From positions 21,080,001 to 21,144,000 of the forward strand of contig JBHGNT010000001.1 in NCBI GenBank assembly GCA_043228905.1: 64,000 nucleotides of DNA, written 5' to 3'. Positions 61,607-64,000 of the stretch are shown here, in pieces. Below the pieces are notes generated by a model, which was not told the origin of the DNA, ran no database searches, and saw only the letters and a program-made list of their open reading frames with translations. Within the stretch, counting starts at the first letter, position 1; each line of letters starts with the position of its first letter. This stretch comes from Azolla caroliniana. Taxonomy: Eukaryota > Plantae > Polypodiophyta. A program made the position numbers and the translations under genes.

Positions 61607-63809
61607 TGTCGCAGAAATCCGTGCCTACAGGTCGGTCGAACGAGACCACCGTGGTCTTTGACCAAGGAGGATGAATCGGGTGACTTGTTCTTTTAAGGAA
61701 TCCACCGTCTTTTAGGTTTACAATCGGGTCGTTCTTGTTGTCGAAGATGCTTGTGTGGGTTCACTGAGAGAGAGAGAGAGAGAGAGACTGTCTCTGTGTG
61801 TGTGATATTGAGAAAATATTTACAACACCTAAAAGATGTCGTGCAGCATGCGATGCATGTGCCAAACGTCGAGATGTGCGTGTTACACGAGCGCAGACAA
61901 GCACCGGCCTCTATCCACAAGTGGTGAAGGAGGATCCAAAGGATCGTTCAAGACAATGAAGCGGAACTATTAGTGTTCTGGACCGGAAGGACTAGCACAA
62001 GCGAGAAAATATCAAAGATAGATACAGACGAGAATTCTAATTCCTAGTTTGAACCTTTGACTTCAAAAAATTGAGGGACAATACACATTACCAATGAGAT
62101 AACTAAGATGTGTTATTACTGTTATTGATTCTATACATTGCTTGATTTCCTTTCCCTTCCTTTCCTCCTTATATAGATGACCCCATGCATATGATGCATG
62201 GAGTGTGTAAGACATGCATACAATGCATGAAATGCATGTGATGCATGATTTCCATTTGGCGCTCATGCATCACATGTGATGCATGATGACCATGTCTCTC
62301 ATTCAAGCTCTCATGTACGAGTTGTTACATGTGAAAAGTACAATGAAGAAATAAACTTTAAAGAAAACAATCTAGCCCAGTGGTATGTCAATTGCCTCCT
62401 ATCCTCGAGGTGTAAGGTTCAAAACCTTACCTGCACCTCATTGTATGCCATTAGGCCCTGGGCTTATTTTTATTTCTTATGTAATGAACACCTAAACACA
62501 TATCACACGTGCACATTAACGTGCTAACATACATGTGTAACCATCACTCCTTTCATATGTGTGCACATTCCACGCGATTTTCACACTGTTGCTGAAAATC
62601 TTCACGACATCCACCCCCACCAAACCGCATGTCCTCCAGTACGTGCCAAGAAGTGAGTGTGAGATTTTGGCTATGGTGATTAATCAATTTCCTCCACGTC
62701 CTCATTGACCTTGCCCACATTTGTGGGTCCCGTTGTACTATCTTCATTGTCGAGGTCATCGAGGTTAGGACCCTCATCTTGTCTTTTCTTGAATATCTTC
62801 ACTCTTTTCCCCACAATGGGTATGGCAAGCCTTGATCCGTCTAGCTCCGCCAGTTGGTAAGTGGCGTTGTCGTTGGCACTCATCACTACATATGGTCTGA
62901 ACCACCTTCTTGCGAACTTCCTTGTCGTCATGTGTTGGTTGTCAAGGCTGTTGTCATAGACCAATACCCAATCTCCTTCTTTGATCTTCTTCGAATGCAG
63001 TCGGTGTGTCTTATCGAACAGAATCTTATTCTTCACTCGGGTTGTCTTCATTATCCTTTGCATGTTCTCTAGATCTTCAGGTCTTCTTTCGAGCTGCTTT
63101 ATCCGTGCCGCCAATAATTCGTCCCGGCTCATCTCGTTCTCCCATGGTATTGCTACCCATGAGGCGATTGTCCTCTTGATGGGCATTACTGGTTTATGTC
63201 CATATATGAGCTCTGCTGGCATATAGCCTGTCACGGAACTGTGCATAGTTCTATCGGCCCACAATGCATATGGTAATAATCGCGGTCAATTCCCAACTCG
63301 ACCATCGAATGCTCGTACGATGGCTTTGACTATCGGCCCATGCCCTCGCTCGATCTTCCCATTTGCTTCTGGATTATAGGCAGTTATGAGGGGAGAGCAG
63401 TACACCTAGTCACTCGAACAGCTCCATTGCTTCGTGTGCATCTAACTCCCCTGATCGGCCACTTTCTTTCCCACACAACCGTATCGGTAGACGATCTCTT
63501 CGAGCAAAAATTTGCACACGGCTGTCGTCGTCTTATTTGCTAAGGGTCGTCCTTCTACTTGGTTTGTCAGGTCTTCCCTCGCTAGTACTAAGTACTTCAT
63601 TTGCCCCACTCCCATTGGCATTGAGACCAGATCCACCATCCATTTTAAGTGTATAGTGAGTGAGTATGTTGGCCACAACTCATCACGGTGACGTATGTTC
63701 GAATGTACTTGGCAGCTTTCGCATGTGGACACAAAACGTAGTACATTTTTATACATGCTCGACCACCAGTACTTCTCCTTTAGATTTTCAAATGTTGCCC
63801 ACATTCCTC
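61607..63809 (-). mobile_element. 3' part of a non-chromovirus-like gypsy element (integrase 62680-63809, PPT 62621-62610, 3' LTR 61607-62609)
   Basis: KYWWSSMYK..CESCQ, WMVDLVSMP, LWADRT..TGYMPAELIYG, GPY/F-like WFRPYVV; TGTCG..CGACA LTR ends; GGTGGGGGTGGA. Confidence 0.85.
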
Positions 63810-64000
63810 TAGCAGTGGGCCCGGTTTCAGCTTAAACCGAACCGATCCGTTAAACCATGGTTTAAAGGTTTATAAGTTCCAAAATAATTAAATGGTTTGG
63901 TTTGGTTTTAATTAATAATAAACAGTTCGGTTTCAGTTCGGTTTGGTTTTGAAACTAGGGTCTATAGGTTTATAGGTTTATAGGTTTTTAGGCTACCTTT
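63810..64000. mobile_element. Probable end of a hAT-like non-autonomous DNA transposon inserted in the gypsy integrase
   Basis: Integrase frame stops abruptly at TAGCAGTGGGC, followed by dense AACCG/CGGTT subterminal motifs. Confidence 0.5.

Noticed and set aside
60776-61674. Hydrophobic membrane-protein or env-like ORFs
   Set aside because: By-product of a C/T-rich low-complexity tract open in several frames; no conserved motifs
63960-63995. Telomere or interstitial telomeric array
   Set aside because: Only ~3 imperfect GGTTTATA units inside a probable transposon end, not TTTAGGG repeats

Overview
Eukaryotic plant nuclear DNA, probably a fern or other non-seed land plant (inferred from TE families and intron sizes). 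One host gene is present: a 5-exon, minus-strand plastid RNA polymerase sigma factor of the SIG5/SIGE type (about 668 aa, exons 33868-22487), with a G-box/ACGT-rich promoter and a decayed copia element in its 7.3-kb last intron. Most of the rest is stacked, nested LTR retrotransposons, mainly Ty1/copia; LTR edges, 5-bp target-site duplications (TSDs), PBS and PPT were resolved by eye. There are also gypsy remnants, a LINE 3' end and probable DNA-transposon ends. The most unusual feature is a young 3.5-kb LTR element (40000-43486; near-identical 457-bp LTRs, TSD ATACC) with no recognisable gag/pol. It carries one ~822-codon frame (transposon accessory-like domain plus long coiled coil, one internal TAG). 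Its PBS is a 54-nt antisense copy of tRNA-Arg(UCU) including CCA, which also supplies the start codon. Where the polypurine tract should be, it has a sense tRNA-Arg-like hairpin ending in CCA. Other notable items: a Tf1-type self-priming LTR (60256-60786), a capsid/U5-swapped copia mosaic, a copia family with a ~210-codon in-frame tail after RNase H between two PPT-like tracts, and a duplicated splice donor in SIG5 intron 1.
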